A DNA stretch of 54,809 nt from an uncultured Prevotella sp. Lineage in GTDB: Bacteria; Bacteroidota; Bacteroidia; Bacteroidales; Bacteroidaceae. Below, one piece after another: positions 21,499-32,089 of this stretch. Positions within the stretch are counted from its first letter, which is position 1; every line of letters begins with the position of its first letter. Location of the stretch: positions 1 to 54,809 of the forward strand of contig CALNBT010000053.1 of NCBI GenBank assembly GCA_937874345.1, given 5' to 3'. The notes below the pieces were generated by a model. That model had not been told where the DNA came from and made no database searches. It saw only the letters and a program-made list of their open reading frames with translations. Position numbers and translations under genes: made by a program.

Positions 21499-23538
21499 AT
21501 GAAGAAATTTTATTCTATCCTCATTGCGCTTGCCATAAGTATTTCGGCATTTGCCCAAACGTCCCCAGGATGGTCCGCCCAATATAAAGGTGTCCTGCTT
21601 CAAGGTTTTTCGTGGGATTCATATGCGGATACCCAGTGGACAAAACTAGAATCCCAGGCTGATGAGCTGTCACAATATTTCAACCTGATTTGGGTTCCAC
21701 AAAGTGGCAATTGCAATACCACCAGCAATGTGATGGGTTATATGCCTGTTTACTATTTCAACCAAAACAGTTCGTTTGGAACAGAGGCAGAATTGCGTTC
21801 GATGATCAATACCTTCAAAAGTAAAGGTACAGGCATTATGGCCGACGTTGTGGTCAACCACCGCAACAACCTTGGCGTCAATGGATCATGGGTAGATTAT
21901 CCTGCCGAAACATACAACGGAGTGACTTATCAGATGACGCCACAGGACATCACCAACAATGATGACGGAGGATCTACTCGTAACTGGGCAACCACAAACG
22001 GCATCACCTTGAGTGCCAACAATGATGAAGGTGAAGATTGGAATGGATGTCGCGATCTTGACCATAAGAGTCTGAACGTTCAAAATATCATTAAGGCATA
22101 TACCAAATACCTTGTTCAGGACCTAGGTTATACTGGATTCAGATACGACATGGTAAAGGGATTCAACGCCAATCATGTCGGGGATTACAACGATGCTGCT
22201 GGTGTACAGTACTCTGTAGGTGAATATTGGTCCAGTGCCTCAGATATCTCTAACTGGATTACAAATACAAACTATCGCAGTGGTGCTTTCGACTTTCAGT
22301 TCCGTTATGCCGTCCGAGATGCTATCAACAATAACAACTGGGCATTGTTAGGAAACAATCAATATCTCGTCAACAACAACTTCTCTTCTGGATCGTTCAA
22401 ACGGTATGCTGTCACATTTGTTGAAAACCATGACATGCAAGACCGTGGCACAACACAAGGCTACACCCCCGACCCAATCCTAAAAGATACATTGGCTGCC
22501 AATGCATTCCTTTTAGCTATGCCAGGAACACCTTGCGTGTTCTTGCCTCACTGGAAAGCTTGCAAACAAGATATCAAGTTGATGATTGACGCCAGAAAGG
22601 CTGTTGGCATTTCAAACACAAGCGTTTATACACAGTTGTTAAGCCTGTCTCAAAGATATGCCGTTAAGGTTACCGGAGACAATGGCGAATTGGTTGCTGT
22701 TGTAGGTCCGTTAGCTTCAGGATATACCCCATCATCAGATGTCGTTGAGATTATCAATGGATACCACTATCGTTATTTTGTTACAAAAGCCAGCGAAATG
22801 GTCTTTGCAGACAAAGCTTCGGGCAGATACGACACTGGTATCATCGTTAAACTGACGGCAGCCTCTAACGATGCAAATGCACAAGTTGTTTATACGCTCG
22901 ATGGCACCACTCCGACAGTGAACAGTTCGAAGGTAGCCAGTGGTTCATTGATACCTGTCAATGCAACATCTAAGTTAACGTTAGGACTTCTCTCTAATGG
23001 CACTGTGACCAAAATCGTTACACGAGATTATACCATCGGTCCAGTCAGCATAAACTATGAAACTCCTCCCCAAGGCTATACCTATCATGCCTACTTCATT
23101 GCTCCAAGTACATGGGATATTGACACAAGGGTTTATGCATGGGCATGGATTGACAAGGGTGCAAATTATACACCAGACAACAATGCCACGTGGCCAGGGG
23201 ACAAAGTACACGTCTATCGGATCGGCAAAACCAGCACAGGTGGATATGTATGGGAATGGTGCTACTATGGAACACAAACGGTTCCACCTGCCTATATCAT
23301 CTTCAACAATGGCAATAGTGGCGTAGGTACCAACCAAACAGCAAACATGGTATTCACCAACGGCGGATGGTACAACATGAACTCCACTTCATCAAACCCC
23401 ACCCTCGATATTCAAGGAGTCTCTCGTAACGCTCCGACTGACAACCTTTGGTACACCATTACTGGCATTGCTTTCAAGCAACAACCAAAACAGAAAGGCA
23501 TCTACATCCATAATGGCAAAAAGATGATCATCAGATAA
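21499..23538 (+). CDS. Secreted multidomain alpha-amylase: GH13 + Fn3/chitobiase-C-like + CBM26-like + T9SS tail
   Basis: Signal peptide without Cys; GH13 motifs DVVVNH, GFRYDMVKG, VGEYW and FVENHD; YTLDGTTPT module; CBM-like VYAWAW..WPG..IIFNNG..QT; tail WYTITG...KGIYIHNGKKMIIR. Confidence 0.88.
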   Translation: MKKFYSILIALAISISAFAQTSPGWSAQYKGVLLQGFSWDSYADTQWTKLESQADELSQYFNLIWVPQSGNCNTTSNVMGYMPVYYFNQNSSFGTEAELRSMINTFKSKGTGIMADVVVNHRNNLGVNGSWVDYPAETYNGVTYQMTPQDITNNDDGGSTRNWATTNGITLSANNDEGEDWNGCRDLDHKSLNVQNIIKAYTKYLVQDLGYTGFRYDMVKGFNANHVGDYNDAAGVQYSVGEYWSSASDISNWITNTNYRSGAFDFQFRYAVRDAINNNNWALLGNNQYLVNNNFSSGSFKRYAVTFVENHDMQDRGTTQGYTPDPILKDTLAANAFLLAMPGTPCVFLPHWKACKQDIKLMIDARKAVGISNTSVYTQLLSLSQRYAVKVTGDNGELVAVVGPLASGYTPSSDVVEIINGYHYRYFVTKASEMVFADKASGRYDTGIIVKLTAASNDANAQVVYTLDGTTPTVNSSKVASGSLIPVNATSKLTLGLLSNGTVTKIVTRDYTIGPVSINYETPPQGYTYHAYFIAPSTWDIDTRVYAWAWIDKGANYTPDNNATWPGDKVHVYRIGKTSTGGYVWEWCYYGTQTVPPAYIIFNNGNSGVGTNQTANMVFTNGGWYNMNSTSSNPTLDIQGVSRNAPTDNLWYTITGIAFKQQPKQKGIYIHNGKKMIIR

Positions 23539-23621
23539 GAGCCTACATCCATTCCAAAAGCAATCGATGGATCTGAATCCTATAAAGCTAATTGACGTTC
23601 AAAAATCAGATCAACGATCAT

Positions 23622-23663
23622 AAAGAAAGCCGGTGACTCCAAAATTGGAATCACCGGCTTCGT
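23622..23663. terminator. Bidirectional terminator between the amylase and the efflux adaptor
   Basis: AAGCCGGTGA (23627-23636) pairs with TCACCGGCTT (23651-23660); A-rich left flank; lies between convergent genes. Confidence 0.75.
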
Positions 23664-23682
23664 TATTGAATTGACTTTCAGA

Positions 23683-24795
23683 TTACTTGTCAGCCTTATC
23701 TTTAACAATTTTAGGTCCGCGAACCTTGTCTTTTGCACTCACTCCCTGCTTGATTTGAATGTTCAAGCCATCACTTAAGCCTGTAACGACCTTCTTACGC
23801 GTATAGGTCTTATTTTTATCCTTGCCATTTACTACATAGACATAGGTATTGTTACCACTAAACTCAATAGCACTTTCAGGAACAGTCAGCACATGAGAGG
23901 CACTAGCCAGTACTATTTCAGCATTGGCACTATAGCCGCTACGTATCTGATGGTTGTTCACCCCACGGACAGCCGCTTTGATTTCAAATTGGTTCGCACC
24001 ATTGTTCTCAACAGCTTTGGGTGAAACATACTCCAAAGAAGCTTGCAAATGAGTGTCCTGTAAGGCTCCGATTGTAATCTTCATCGGCATACCCACCACA
24101 AGTTGGCCCACTTCTGTTTCATCAATATTCCCTCTGAAAATCAAGTCATTCATGTTGGCAACCGATGCAATGGTTGTTCCGTCATTGAAGGTGTTACTTA
24201 AAATAACCGTATTTCCAACCTTGACAGGCACGTTCAGAACCAATCCGCTGATGGTAGACCGAATCAAGGTACTGCTGGTATTGGCATTGTTTTTCGAAAC
24301 ACCGTCGCGCACAACTTCCAAATTGTCTTGCGCAGCCATCACTTCTTCATTAGCTTGGTTGTACGACTGACGAATCTTGTCGTATTCATCACCAGAGACC
24401 AGTCCTTTGTCGTACAACGCTTTCTGACGGTCAAAGTTGACCTTTGCCTGCTTGACATTGATTGATGCCAAACGAACTCGAGCCTGCGCATTTGCCAACT
24501 GATTCATATCAGGCACCACCTTGACTTTGGCAATGATCTCACCAGCCTGCACCATGTCGCCCGCTTCTTTCATGATCTCAGTAATAATACCCGAAATCTG
24601 TGGCTTGACATTTACTTCGTTACGTGGCTCAATCTTACCCGTAACCACTGTCACCTTACGCAAATCGGTCATTTGAGGCGTAAATTCTTCATACAAAACG
24701 GGTTGCGGTTGTGACTTTTGCCATAAAAACACAAACGTACCGATGAACACAAACAGAATAAGTGCTGCAACGATTAACTTGAAATTCTTTTTCAT
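23683..24795 (-). CDS. Efflux periplasmic adaptor (MacA/HlyD-type membrane fusion protein)
   Basis: N-terminal TM anchor from the ATG at 24795 (MKKNFKLIVAALILFVFIG); TGKIEP..VNVKPQISG lipoyl half; coiled coil; VLTVPESAI. Confidence 0.88.
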   Translation of the reverse strand: MKKNFKLIVAALILFVFIGTFVFLWQKSQPQPVLYEEFTPQMTDLRKVTVVTGKIEPRNEVNVKPQISGIITEIMKEAGDMVQAGEIIAKVKVVPDMNQLANAQARVRLASINVKQAKVNFDRQKALYDKGLVSGDEYDKIRQSYNQANEEVMAAQDNLEVVRDGVSKNNANTSSTLIRSTISGLVLNVPVKVGNTVILSNTFNDGTTIASVANMNDLIFRGNIDETEVGQLVVGMPMKITIGALQDTHLQASLEYVSPKAVENNGANQFEIKAAVRGVNNHQIRSGYSANAEIVLASASHVLTVPESAIEFSGNNTYVYVVNGKDKNKTYTRKKVVTGLSDGLNIQIKQGVSAKDKVRGPKIVKDKADK

Positions 24796-25039
24796 TTTAA
24801 ATTTCTCCCAACCTCTTTCTATGGAGAGGAGTGCCACGGGGAAAACGCTTTTTGGCACGTTTGAGATATTTTTCCAGTTGTCATGCTTTGAAAATCGATT
24901 TGATCATCATTTCATCTGCAAACCAATCTAAAAGATATCCCCTATTTTATGTCATTTAATAATCTCCAATGATCTATATCCATGCTTTCAACGCCCTACT
25001 TCTTACAACGTCCCCACATGAAAGTTGCCTGAAAATAGA

Positions 25040-26284
25040 CTATTCGTCTCTCATGGCATCAACCGGTTTAACGGCCATCGCTCGCAAGGCTGGTGCTAAA
25101 CCTGCCAAAACACCCAACACAGTCAACATCAACACCGTTCCTAATGCGCTCCAGAAACCAACTTGGAAATGTGCAGAAACGATTCCATCTGTCGTATTCG
25201 CCAGTTCAGCCAGCTGCAAGATCAAAATAGAAAAGAGTATACCACTCATTCCAGCAATGATAATCAATATCAAGCTCTCGGTGATAATCTGTCCCAATAT
25301 CATTCGTGGTGTGGCACCGATAGCCCGCCGTATACCAATCTCGGAAGTTCTTTCACGTACCGTTACCATCATAATGTTCGAAACGCCTATGGCTCCAGCA
25401 AACAATGTTCCTATTCCAACGAGCCATATCAAGAAGTTGACACCCGAAAAAAGACTGTCCAGCATGCCAAACATGACCTCCGTATTGAAAACAGTAATAC
25501 CCTTTTCATCAGTTGGATCGACATGATGCGCCTTGCCGATGACATCCCTCATGGGCTGAGATACTTTGCTCATCACGACGCCAGGTTTGCCAGTGGCACA
25601 GATCAGATGTACGACATTACCCAAATTGTACGCCTGCTGCATCAACGTCAAAGGAATGATTATACTTTCTTGTGTTGACCCGTTGATACTCATGTTTCCG
25701 GTGCTGTAGTCTACTCCGACAACTTTGTAATAGATGGAATCAATTCTAACAAGCTGCCCGCAGGGATCTCCGCCACCGGGGAACAGACTTTTGTATACTT
25801 TCTTTCCCAAAATACAAACCTTACGGCGAAGTTGCATATCCATTTCGTTCAGATAACGACCATAATATATTTTGGGAACTTCAACCTTAGCATAATCAGG
25901 TAACAAACCTTTCACGGTACAATTGCTTTTCTTATCACTGAAAACGGCATGTGCGCCCCATTGTGATAATACCGGTGTTACCACATCCAAATCAGGGACA
26001 TAGGCCTTCAAACGGTCTACATCTTTGTATTCCATGTTCCACTGTCGCCCTTTACGGTAGCCATCATAGGGTTTAGACGTGGGCTGAGCGAAAATGATTG
26101 TTGAATTGGTTGCAAAACCTTCAAAGTTGTTTGACAGCAATTCTTTCATGCCTTTTCCTCCACCCATGAGTCCAACCAACATAAAGACACCCCAAAACAC
26201 ACCGAATCCGGTGAGAAACGAACGACTTTTGTTGCGCAAGAGCGTATCAAGAATTTCTTTATATGTATCTATATCAAACTTCAT
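25040..26284 (-). CDS. ABC transporter permease (MacB/FtsX family)
   Basis: RNKSRSFLTGFGV start, large periplasmic domain and GVSNIMMVTVRERTSEIGIRRAIGA motif. Confidence 0.9.
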   Translation of the reverse strand: MKFDIDTYKEILDTLLRNKSRSFLTGFGVFWGVFMLVGLMGGGKGMKELLSNNFEGFATNSTIIFAQPTSKPYDGYRKGRQWNMEYKDVDRLKAYVPDLDVVTPVLSQWGAHAVFSDKKSNCTVKGLLPDYAKVEVPKIYYGRYLNEMDMQLRRKVCILGKKVYKSLFPGGGDPCGQLVRIDSIYYKVVGVDYSTGNMSINGSTQESIIIPLTLMQQAYNLGNVVHLICATGKPGVVMSKVSQPMRDVIGKAHHVDPTDEKGITVFNTEVMFGMLDSLFSGVNFLIWLVGIGTLFAGAIGVSNIMMVTVRERTSEIGIRRAIGATPRMILGQIITESLILIIIAGMSGILFSILILQLAELANTTDGIVSAHFQVGFWSALGTVLMLTVLGVLAGLAPALRAMAVKPVDAMRDE

Positions 26285-26285
26285 A

Positions 26286-27545
26286 TCATTCTGCTCTTAG
26301 CGCTTCTATCGGTCTCGTTCGGGCTGCCTTGCGTGCCGGGATTAATCCGGCAATGGTTCCGGCGATCACCATCAGCAGGGTTGCACGGATACAGACATCG
26401 AGTCCAACCGTGGGATTGACAAACATCGTAGCCGTGAACAGCCCCGAATCTACTTTCATATTGCCGATGGTGGCATTCATATATTCATTGGCTGCGATAC
26501 CCAACAACATGCCTATGTAACCGAAGAAGGTCGTAATAATGATACTCTCGACGATGATGAGTCGCAAGATAGACCACGGCTTCGCTCCAATGGCCTTACG
26601 TATGCCAAATTCACGTGTACGTTCCTTGACCGTAATCAACATGATGTTCGACACTCCTACAACACCACTCAACAAGGTAAACATACCGATCACCCACAAT
26701 GCCGTACGAATAATTCCCATTCCAGTATTCATCTGCATGGCTTGGGTAAAACGGTTCCAAATCCAGATAGACTCTTCATCATCCGGAGCCACGCCGTGAT
26801 TGCGATTCAAACGAGTTTTATAACTTTTTTCAAAGGCTTCATTTTTCTGGGTCGTTTCCAAACCTTTGAATGAAAAATTGATACGGTCGGTCTTGTCGCC
26901 ACGGTTATACATCGTCCTCACGGTCGTGAAAGCGCTGTAAGTATCATTGTTCATCTGACTTTGATCGCTCTTGTATATGCCGATGAGTCTAAAGGCAAAG
27001 TTGCCCACCTGAAGATATTTGCCAATCAATCCGGGGACATCTTTCGGCTGTAATTCCTTGGCTTGGTTTTCACTGATAACGATTACCTTGCGCGACATTT
27101 CATTATCAAGACTATTAATGAATCGCCCATAGAGCATTTCAACTTTATTGATTGTGGCCTCATTGGGATAAACGCCATTGAGGGTTGAACTAACATAATT
27201 CTCTTTATAAGAGATGTTCACTGCCTCCTGACGAACACTGGCACCTGTTTCAATGATGTTTTTCTTAAAATCACGATCGGTGGTCTCAATATCAGCAGTA
27301 TTCAACTCGATATGTCGTCCCTCTTTCATGCCCTTATAGGCCTTAGAAGTCTGTCCGCCAAATATCTCCATGGAAGTATCCAGGAAGCGACCAGAGTTTT
27401 GTTCGGTCGCATTGATCAATCCGTTACCGGCCCCGAGTAGAAAGATGAGCATAAAGATACCCCACGCAACGGCAAAACCTGTCAGAGTGGTTCGAAGCTT
27501 ATTGCGCTTGGCGGTGGACCATATTTCAGTTAATATGTCTCTCAT
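26286..27545 (-). CDS. ABC transporter permease (MacB/FtsX family)
   Basis: Motifs RNKLRTTLTGF, GVSNIMLITVKERTREFGIRKAIGA and PIEALRAE. Confidence 0.9.
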   Translation of the reverse strand: MRDILTEIWSTAKRNKLRTTLTGFAVAWGIFMLIFLLGAGNGLINATEQNSGRFLDTSMEIFGGQTSKAYKGMKEGRHIELNTADIETTDRDFKKNIIETGASVRQEAVNISYKENYVSSTLNGVYPNEATINKVEMLYGRFINSLDNEMSRKVIVISENQAKELQPKDVPGLIGKYLQVGNFAFRLIGIYKSDQSQMNNDTYSAFTTVRTMYNRGDKTDRINFSFKGLETTQKNEAFEKSYKTRLNRNHGVAPDDEESIWIWNRFTQAMQMNTGMGIIRTALWVIGMFTLLSGVVGVSNIMLITVKERTREFGIRKAIGAKPWSILRLIIVESIIITTFFGYIGMLLGIAANEYMNATIGNMKVDSGLFTATMFVNPTVGLDVCIRATLLMVIAGTIAGLIPARKAARTRPIEALRAE

Positions 27546-27561
27546 GAGCGTGCTGTTTCAG

Positions 27562-28281
27562 TTATTTCATCATGCCGTCAATGCCAAACGGGCTGGATTG
27601 ATGGTCGAAATTATCCTCGATGCGCTCAATGAGTCCATCCTTAATATGAATAATCTTGCTCGTTTCATTAGCCACGCCGCTTTCATGGGTCACTACAACG
27701 ATGGTCATGTGCTGTTCTTCATTCAAAGACTTGAGCAGTTGCATAACTTCTACACTCGTCTTTGAATCCAAAGCACCGGTGGGTTCATCTGCAAGGATAA
27801 TTTGAGGCTTGGTAATCAGCGCCCTGGCAATGGCCACACGCTGTTTCTGTCCACCCGACATCTCGTTAGGATAGTGGTTGGCCCACTGCAGAAGCCCAAG
27901 TTTCTCTAGGTATTCCATTGCCATCTGGTGACGTTTTTTTCGTCCTACTCCTTGATAGAACAATGGCAATTCTACATTCTCTACAGCGGTCTTGAAACCA
28001 ATCAAGTTGAACGACTGAAAGATAAATCCAATCATTCTGTTACGGTATTCGGCAGCCTTACGCTCACTCAAATCCTTGATCAGCGTGCCGCCGAGCATGT
28101 ATTCGCCACTGTCATAATTATCGAGTATGCCTAAGATGTTCAGCAATGTTGACTTACCCGACCCCGACGCTCCCATAATGGAAACGAACTCACCGTCTTC
28201 GATGTCGAGCGTGATGCCTTTCAGCACATGCAGTGGCTGTGCTCCGAAATAGGTCTTATTGATATCTTTCAGATGTATCAT
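27562..28281 (-). CDS. ABC transporter ATP-binding protein (MacB/LolD-like)
   Basis: Walker A GASGSGKS, signature MSGGQKQRVAIARAL, Walker B ILADEPTGALD and VTHE. Confidence 0.93.
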   Translation of the reverse strand: MIHLKDINKTYFGAQPLHVLKGITLDIEDGEFVSIMGASGSGKSTLLNILGILDNYDSGEYMLGGTLIKDLSERKAAEYRNRMIGFIFQSFNLIGFKTAVENVELPLFYQGVGRKKRHQMAMEYLEKLGLLQWANHYPNEMSGGQKQRVAIARALITKPQIILADEPTGALDSKTSVEVMQLLKSLNEEQHMTIVVVTHESGVANETSKIIHIKDGLIERIEDNFDHQSSPFGIDGMMK

Positions 28282-28613
28282 ATTGTTTTTTTGACGAAAA
28301 CGACTGAATGAAAGTTGCAGTAAATTTATTAAAACCTGAACATAACGGTTAAATCCACACGCATTTTATTTTCTTTCCTGCTCGTTGTTCTGGTTTTCAA
28401 GGAGGTATAATAGCCATCATTCGAAGTTTTCTTCTTGAGAAGAATCGCGATAAAGCTATATTGAACTTTCACTCTGTATTGAGTATGAGACCATTTTGAA
28501 TTGATTATAAAGCAAACTTTTCTCACCTCAAGGCATCTTTACAAAAATTCTAAGGATAGATGCATCGTATCATGCCCATAAACACATTTGAAGAGCATGG
28601 TTCAATGTACGCC

Positions 28614-29204
28614 TCACTTCATTTTTGCACACGTGCACTTACCATCTTTATGATCTTTGCCACAAATTTGCGAAGCCAATTCGCTCAGCTTCTTGTCTAT
28701 TTTATCGATTTCAACAGTACCGAGAACAACCTTTCCCTGTGGATCAATCAAGTAAAAGGACGGAATCCACTTGACATGATAGGCTTGTGCTACTGGTGAG
28801 TCTTTCATCTTTTTCAAATCACTCACATGATTTGCCTTTCTAGAAGTCATCTTATTGGTGATATACTCTACCCATGCTTGTTTATTATTGTCAAACGAAA
28901 CATTGACAAATGCCATTTTCTTGCAAGCATATTTTGTAATCAGGCTATCGACAACGGGACTCAATTTTCGGCAGTCAGGGCACCAGGAAGCCCAAAACTC
29001 CATCACGACATACTGACCTTTAAACTGGCTCATTGATATCTTTTTTCCTTCTGGATTTGGCAAGGTAAATTCTGGAGCGGTGGTTCCCGGCTTCAAGAGT
29101 TCAGTTGCATACTTTGCATCAAGGTCCTCGGCTAGTTCTTGAGCTGTGGCATGAATGGCCATGACAAGTAACGTCACTGAAAGGAGAAGTCTAATTGCTT
29201 TCAT
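28614..29204 (-). CDS. TlpA/ResA-like thiol-disulfide oxidoreductase, exported
   Basis: Signal peptide; APEFTL, EFWASWCPDC (CxxC) and IPSFYLIDPQG. Confidence 0.85.
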   Translation of the reverse strand: MKAIRLLLSVTLLVMAIHATAQELAEDLDAKYATELLKPGTTAPEFTLPNPEGKKISMSQFKGQYVVMEFWASWCPDCRKLSPVVDSLITKYACKKMAFVNVSFDNNKQAWVEYITNKMTSRKANHVSDLKKMKDSPVAQAYHVKWIPSFYLIDPQGKVVLGTVEIDKIDKKLSELASQICGKDHKDGKCTCAKMK

Positions 29205-29351
29205 CTTAAATTTATTATGATTATTGTTTATAAATAGTGAAAATTGTTTGTTTTGTAATGGGCATGAAATTGTTGTGCAAAGTCATTGACATCGTTCAAC
29301 AAAATCATTGGTATCGTTCGTCAATATGCATCACTTTGGCAGGTGAAATTT

Positions 29352-31073
29352 TTAACCGCTATAATCATTTGTCTTATAGTTCGTTATACTTTCATTTTCA
29401 AATCCTTCACGACCGATGGTCAAAACCTGGTCGCAATAATCGACAACTGCCTGACGATGTGTAATAAAGATGACCGTCTTGTTGTGTGAAGCAAGAATAT
29501 TTTGCAGCAACTGGCGCTCTGTTTCCATATCAAGTGCGCTGGTGGCTTCATCAAACAGCATCACCGAACGGTCTCTCAACAGTGCACGGGCAATGCTAAT
29601 CCGCTGTGCCTGCCCCTCGCTTAGTCCGCTACCCGATTCTCCACAGAAGGTGTCCAGGCCATCAGGCAGCTCCATCACAAATGACGCACAGCTCTTATCC
29701 AGCGCCTCTATCATTTCTTCATCGGTGGCATTGATCTTCCCAAGTCTCAGGTTCTCACGGATGGTTCCACTCATTAGCGTATTTCCCTGAGGCACATAGA
29801 CAAAGTTGCAACGCGTCAATGGTGATACGGCTGTTTGGTCATCTCCATGATACAATTTGACATCGCCTTGCTGAGGATGCAGTAATGCCAGCAACAATCG
29901 TATCAAGGTTGTCTTTCCTGAACCCGTTGTACCCATCACAGCCGTACACGAACCGGGATAAAAATCAAAGTTCAAATCTTCAAGCACCTTGTCATCGCTA
30001 TCCTCGTATGCATAACTTACATGGTTCAACCGAATGCCACAGGGTGCAGGAACCTCGACAGGGTCGCCCTGTACTTCTAGCGGATTCTCTTCCAGCTCCA
30101 TCAATCGTTCGGCAGCCGTAAAGACTGAGACAAAAATCGGAGCCAGTTTTGTCAAGTCGCGGGCAGGACCTTGTATGCGACCAACCAACTGCAAGAAGGC
30201 CGTCATGCCTCCAAAAGTCAAGGTCTTCTGAGACATTCTCAGTGCAGCCCACAAGAAAGCGGTGAGAAAACCAATGGCAAAACCGATATTCAAGATGAAG
30301 TTTGACACCACATTAAAAGCGGTGCGTTTCACCACCCTGGTTCTAAGCTCACTCTGAGAGTTCTCCAACCGATCAACCATGGTGCTGTCGCTTTCAAGCG
30401 ATTTGATCAGCATGCGGTTCTGAATGGTCTCTTGTAATACGCTCTGTACTTTACTGTCTGATTCTCTCACCAATCTGGTCAGTCTTCGCATTTGCCCCAC
30501 ATACTGCTTACTCAACAGTACAAACACCGGAACAATGGCCACAATGATTAAGGCCAGAACCTTGTCCATGGAGAACAAATAGAAGAAGGCGCCAATAAAC
30601 ATGGCAAGTACCGAAATGGTGTTGGGTATGGTCTCTGTCAGAAAATCAACAACAACGCCTACATCAATCTCCAAACGGTTGAGCACATCACCCGAATGGC
30701 GCGATTCTTTTCCAACCCACTCCGACCGTAAGATACGGTCAAGCATTCTTTGCTGCATCCGGTTCTGAGCCTTGATACCCAAAATGTTCTTCACCCAGAC
30801 AGCAGATATATTTAAAGCAAAACCACCCAAAATAAAAAGTCCGATGACGCCTACCGACATCCAAATAGATCCAGCCTGAACGCCAGAGGCAACATCAATG
30901 GCATGTTGTACTGCCCAAACCTGCATCAAGCTCACCACCACTCCCAGCAACCCTATCACTGCATTAAGGATAGCCTGGACCCTGTTGCCACGCCATTCTT
31001 CCCAAAGCCATTTGAATATGACTTTTGCAGGATATTTTGATTTCGGTATTTTAAACCATTTTCTGAAACTCAT
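29352..31073 (-). CDS. ABC exporter with fused permease and ATPase
   Basis: N-terminal 6-TM domain; motifs GTTGSGKT, LSEGQAQRISIARAL, LFDEATSALD and ITHR. Confidence 0.9.
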   Translation of the reverse strand: MSFRKWFKIPKSKYPAKVIFKWLWEEWRGNRVQAILNAVIGLLGVVVSLMQVWAVQHAIDVASGVQAGSIWMSVGVIGLFILGGFALNISAVWVKNILGIKAQNRMQQRMLDRILRSEWVGKESRHSGDVLNRLEIDVGVVVDFLTETIPNTISVLAMFIGAFFYLFSMDKVLALIIVAIVPVFVLLSKQYVGQMRRLTRLVRESDSKVQSVLQETIQNRMLIKSLESDSTMVDRLENSQSELRTRVVKRTAFNVVSNFILNIGFAIGFLTAFLWAALRMSQKTLTFGGMTAFLQLVGRIQGPARDLTKLAPIFVSVFTAAERLMELEENPLEVQGDPVEVPAPCGIRLNHVSYAYEDSDDKVLEDLNFDFYPGSCTAVMGTTGSGKTTLIRLLLALLHPQQGDVKLYHGDDQTAVSPLTRCNFVYVPQGNTLMSGTIRENLRLGKINATDEEMIEALDKSCASFVMELPDGLDTFCGESGSGLSEGQAQRISIARALLRDRSVMLFDEATSALDMETERQLLQNILASHNKTVIFITHRQAVVDYCDQVLTIGREGFENESITNYKTNDYSG

Positions 31074-31201
31074 CTTCTTTATTAGGAGTAAATGGTGGTA
31101 ACGAAGTTAGAGAGATTTCAACAGGTCTGCAGCTTGTTTTGAATTTTCATCACATCCTTTATGTTGTCTTCTCTATCCATGATGAAGGCCGTTACAGATA
31201 C

Positions 31202-32089
31202 CTATTGTCTTGTATCAACCCCCCACATCATTTTTTCTCGAAGGGTTGAAAAGTATCTTTTTGCAGGACGTTTTACAAAACTGATGGTGAATGGCGCCTT
31301 CCTGACACTGACGGTTGTGCCTTCTTTCAACTTTTTGGACCGTCCGTCAATGGCGGCCAGAAAACTATGTGACCTCGATTCAACCGTGAAAGTAATGACG
31401 CTATCATCGTTGATGACGATAGGACGGATATTCAAGCTATGGGGTGCCACGGGGGTGATGCACAAGATATTGGTCGATGGAATCATAATAGGACCGCCAT
31501 TGGAAAGGCTATAGGCCGTACTCCCGGTAGGAGTTGATACAATCAAACCGTCGGCTTGATAAGTTACAAGATACTCTCCATTGACAGATGTGCGAATCGT
31601 TATCATCGATGCATGATCTCGTTTCAGCAAGGCAATATCGTTCAACGCATAAGGATTGATATCCATCTCCTCGCCCTCACACTGTATTTCGATTGACGTA
31701 TGTTCTTCAATGATATAATCTCCATTGTACACTGCATCGATTGCCTCAGCTGCTTCACCGGGAAGAATGTCAGCCAGAAAACCGAGTCTACCCGTATTGA
31801 TGCCCATCAATGGAATTTTCTTGGGTCCTACTCTGGTAGCGGCTTTCAGAAAGGTACCATCTCCACCCATGGTAACAGCAAAGTCGGCATCCATATCATC
31901 TTCGTCAAAAACGTCATCAGGGCCTAATTTCAAGGATAAATCCTTGGTCAAAAAATCATAAAAGCAACGGTCATAGACTAGTTCAGCCCCATGTGCTTTC
32001 AAAATACCGATGATATGTTGAAAGACAGTTGATTTTTCTGGTTGATATTCGTTGCCGAAGATGGCAAATTTCAATTTGCGTTCAGACAT
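31202..32089 (-). CDS. nadK: NAD kinase
   Basis: Motifs GGDGTFL, GINTGRLGFL, ALND and DGLIVSTPTGSTAYSLS. Confidence 0.95.
   Translation of the reverse strand: MSERKLKFAIFGNEYQPEKSTVFQHIIGILKAHGAELVYDRCFYDFLTKDLSLKLGPDDVFDEDDMDADFAVTMGGDGTFLKAATRVGPKKIPLMGINTGRLGFLADILPGEAAEAIDAVYNGDYIIEEHTSIEIQCEGEEMDINPYALNDIALLKRDHASMITIRTSVNGEYLVTYQADGLIVSTPTGSTAYSLSNGGPIMIPSTNILCITPVAPHSLNIRPIVINDDSVITFTVESRSHSFLAAIDGRSKKLKEGTTVSVRKAPFTISFVKRPAKRYFSTLREKMMWGVDTRQ

Noticed and set aside
28329-28526. 65-aa ORF upstream of the ABC ATPase
   Set aside because: It has a non-ATG start in AT-rich intergenic DNA and no motifs; more likely promoter region.
29352-31073. ABC exporter as part of a RiPP/bacteriocin system
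   Set aside because: There is no peptidase domain, precursor peptide or modification enzyme nearby; it simply follows nadK.
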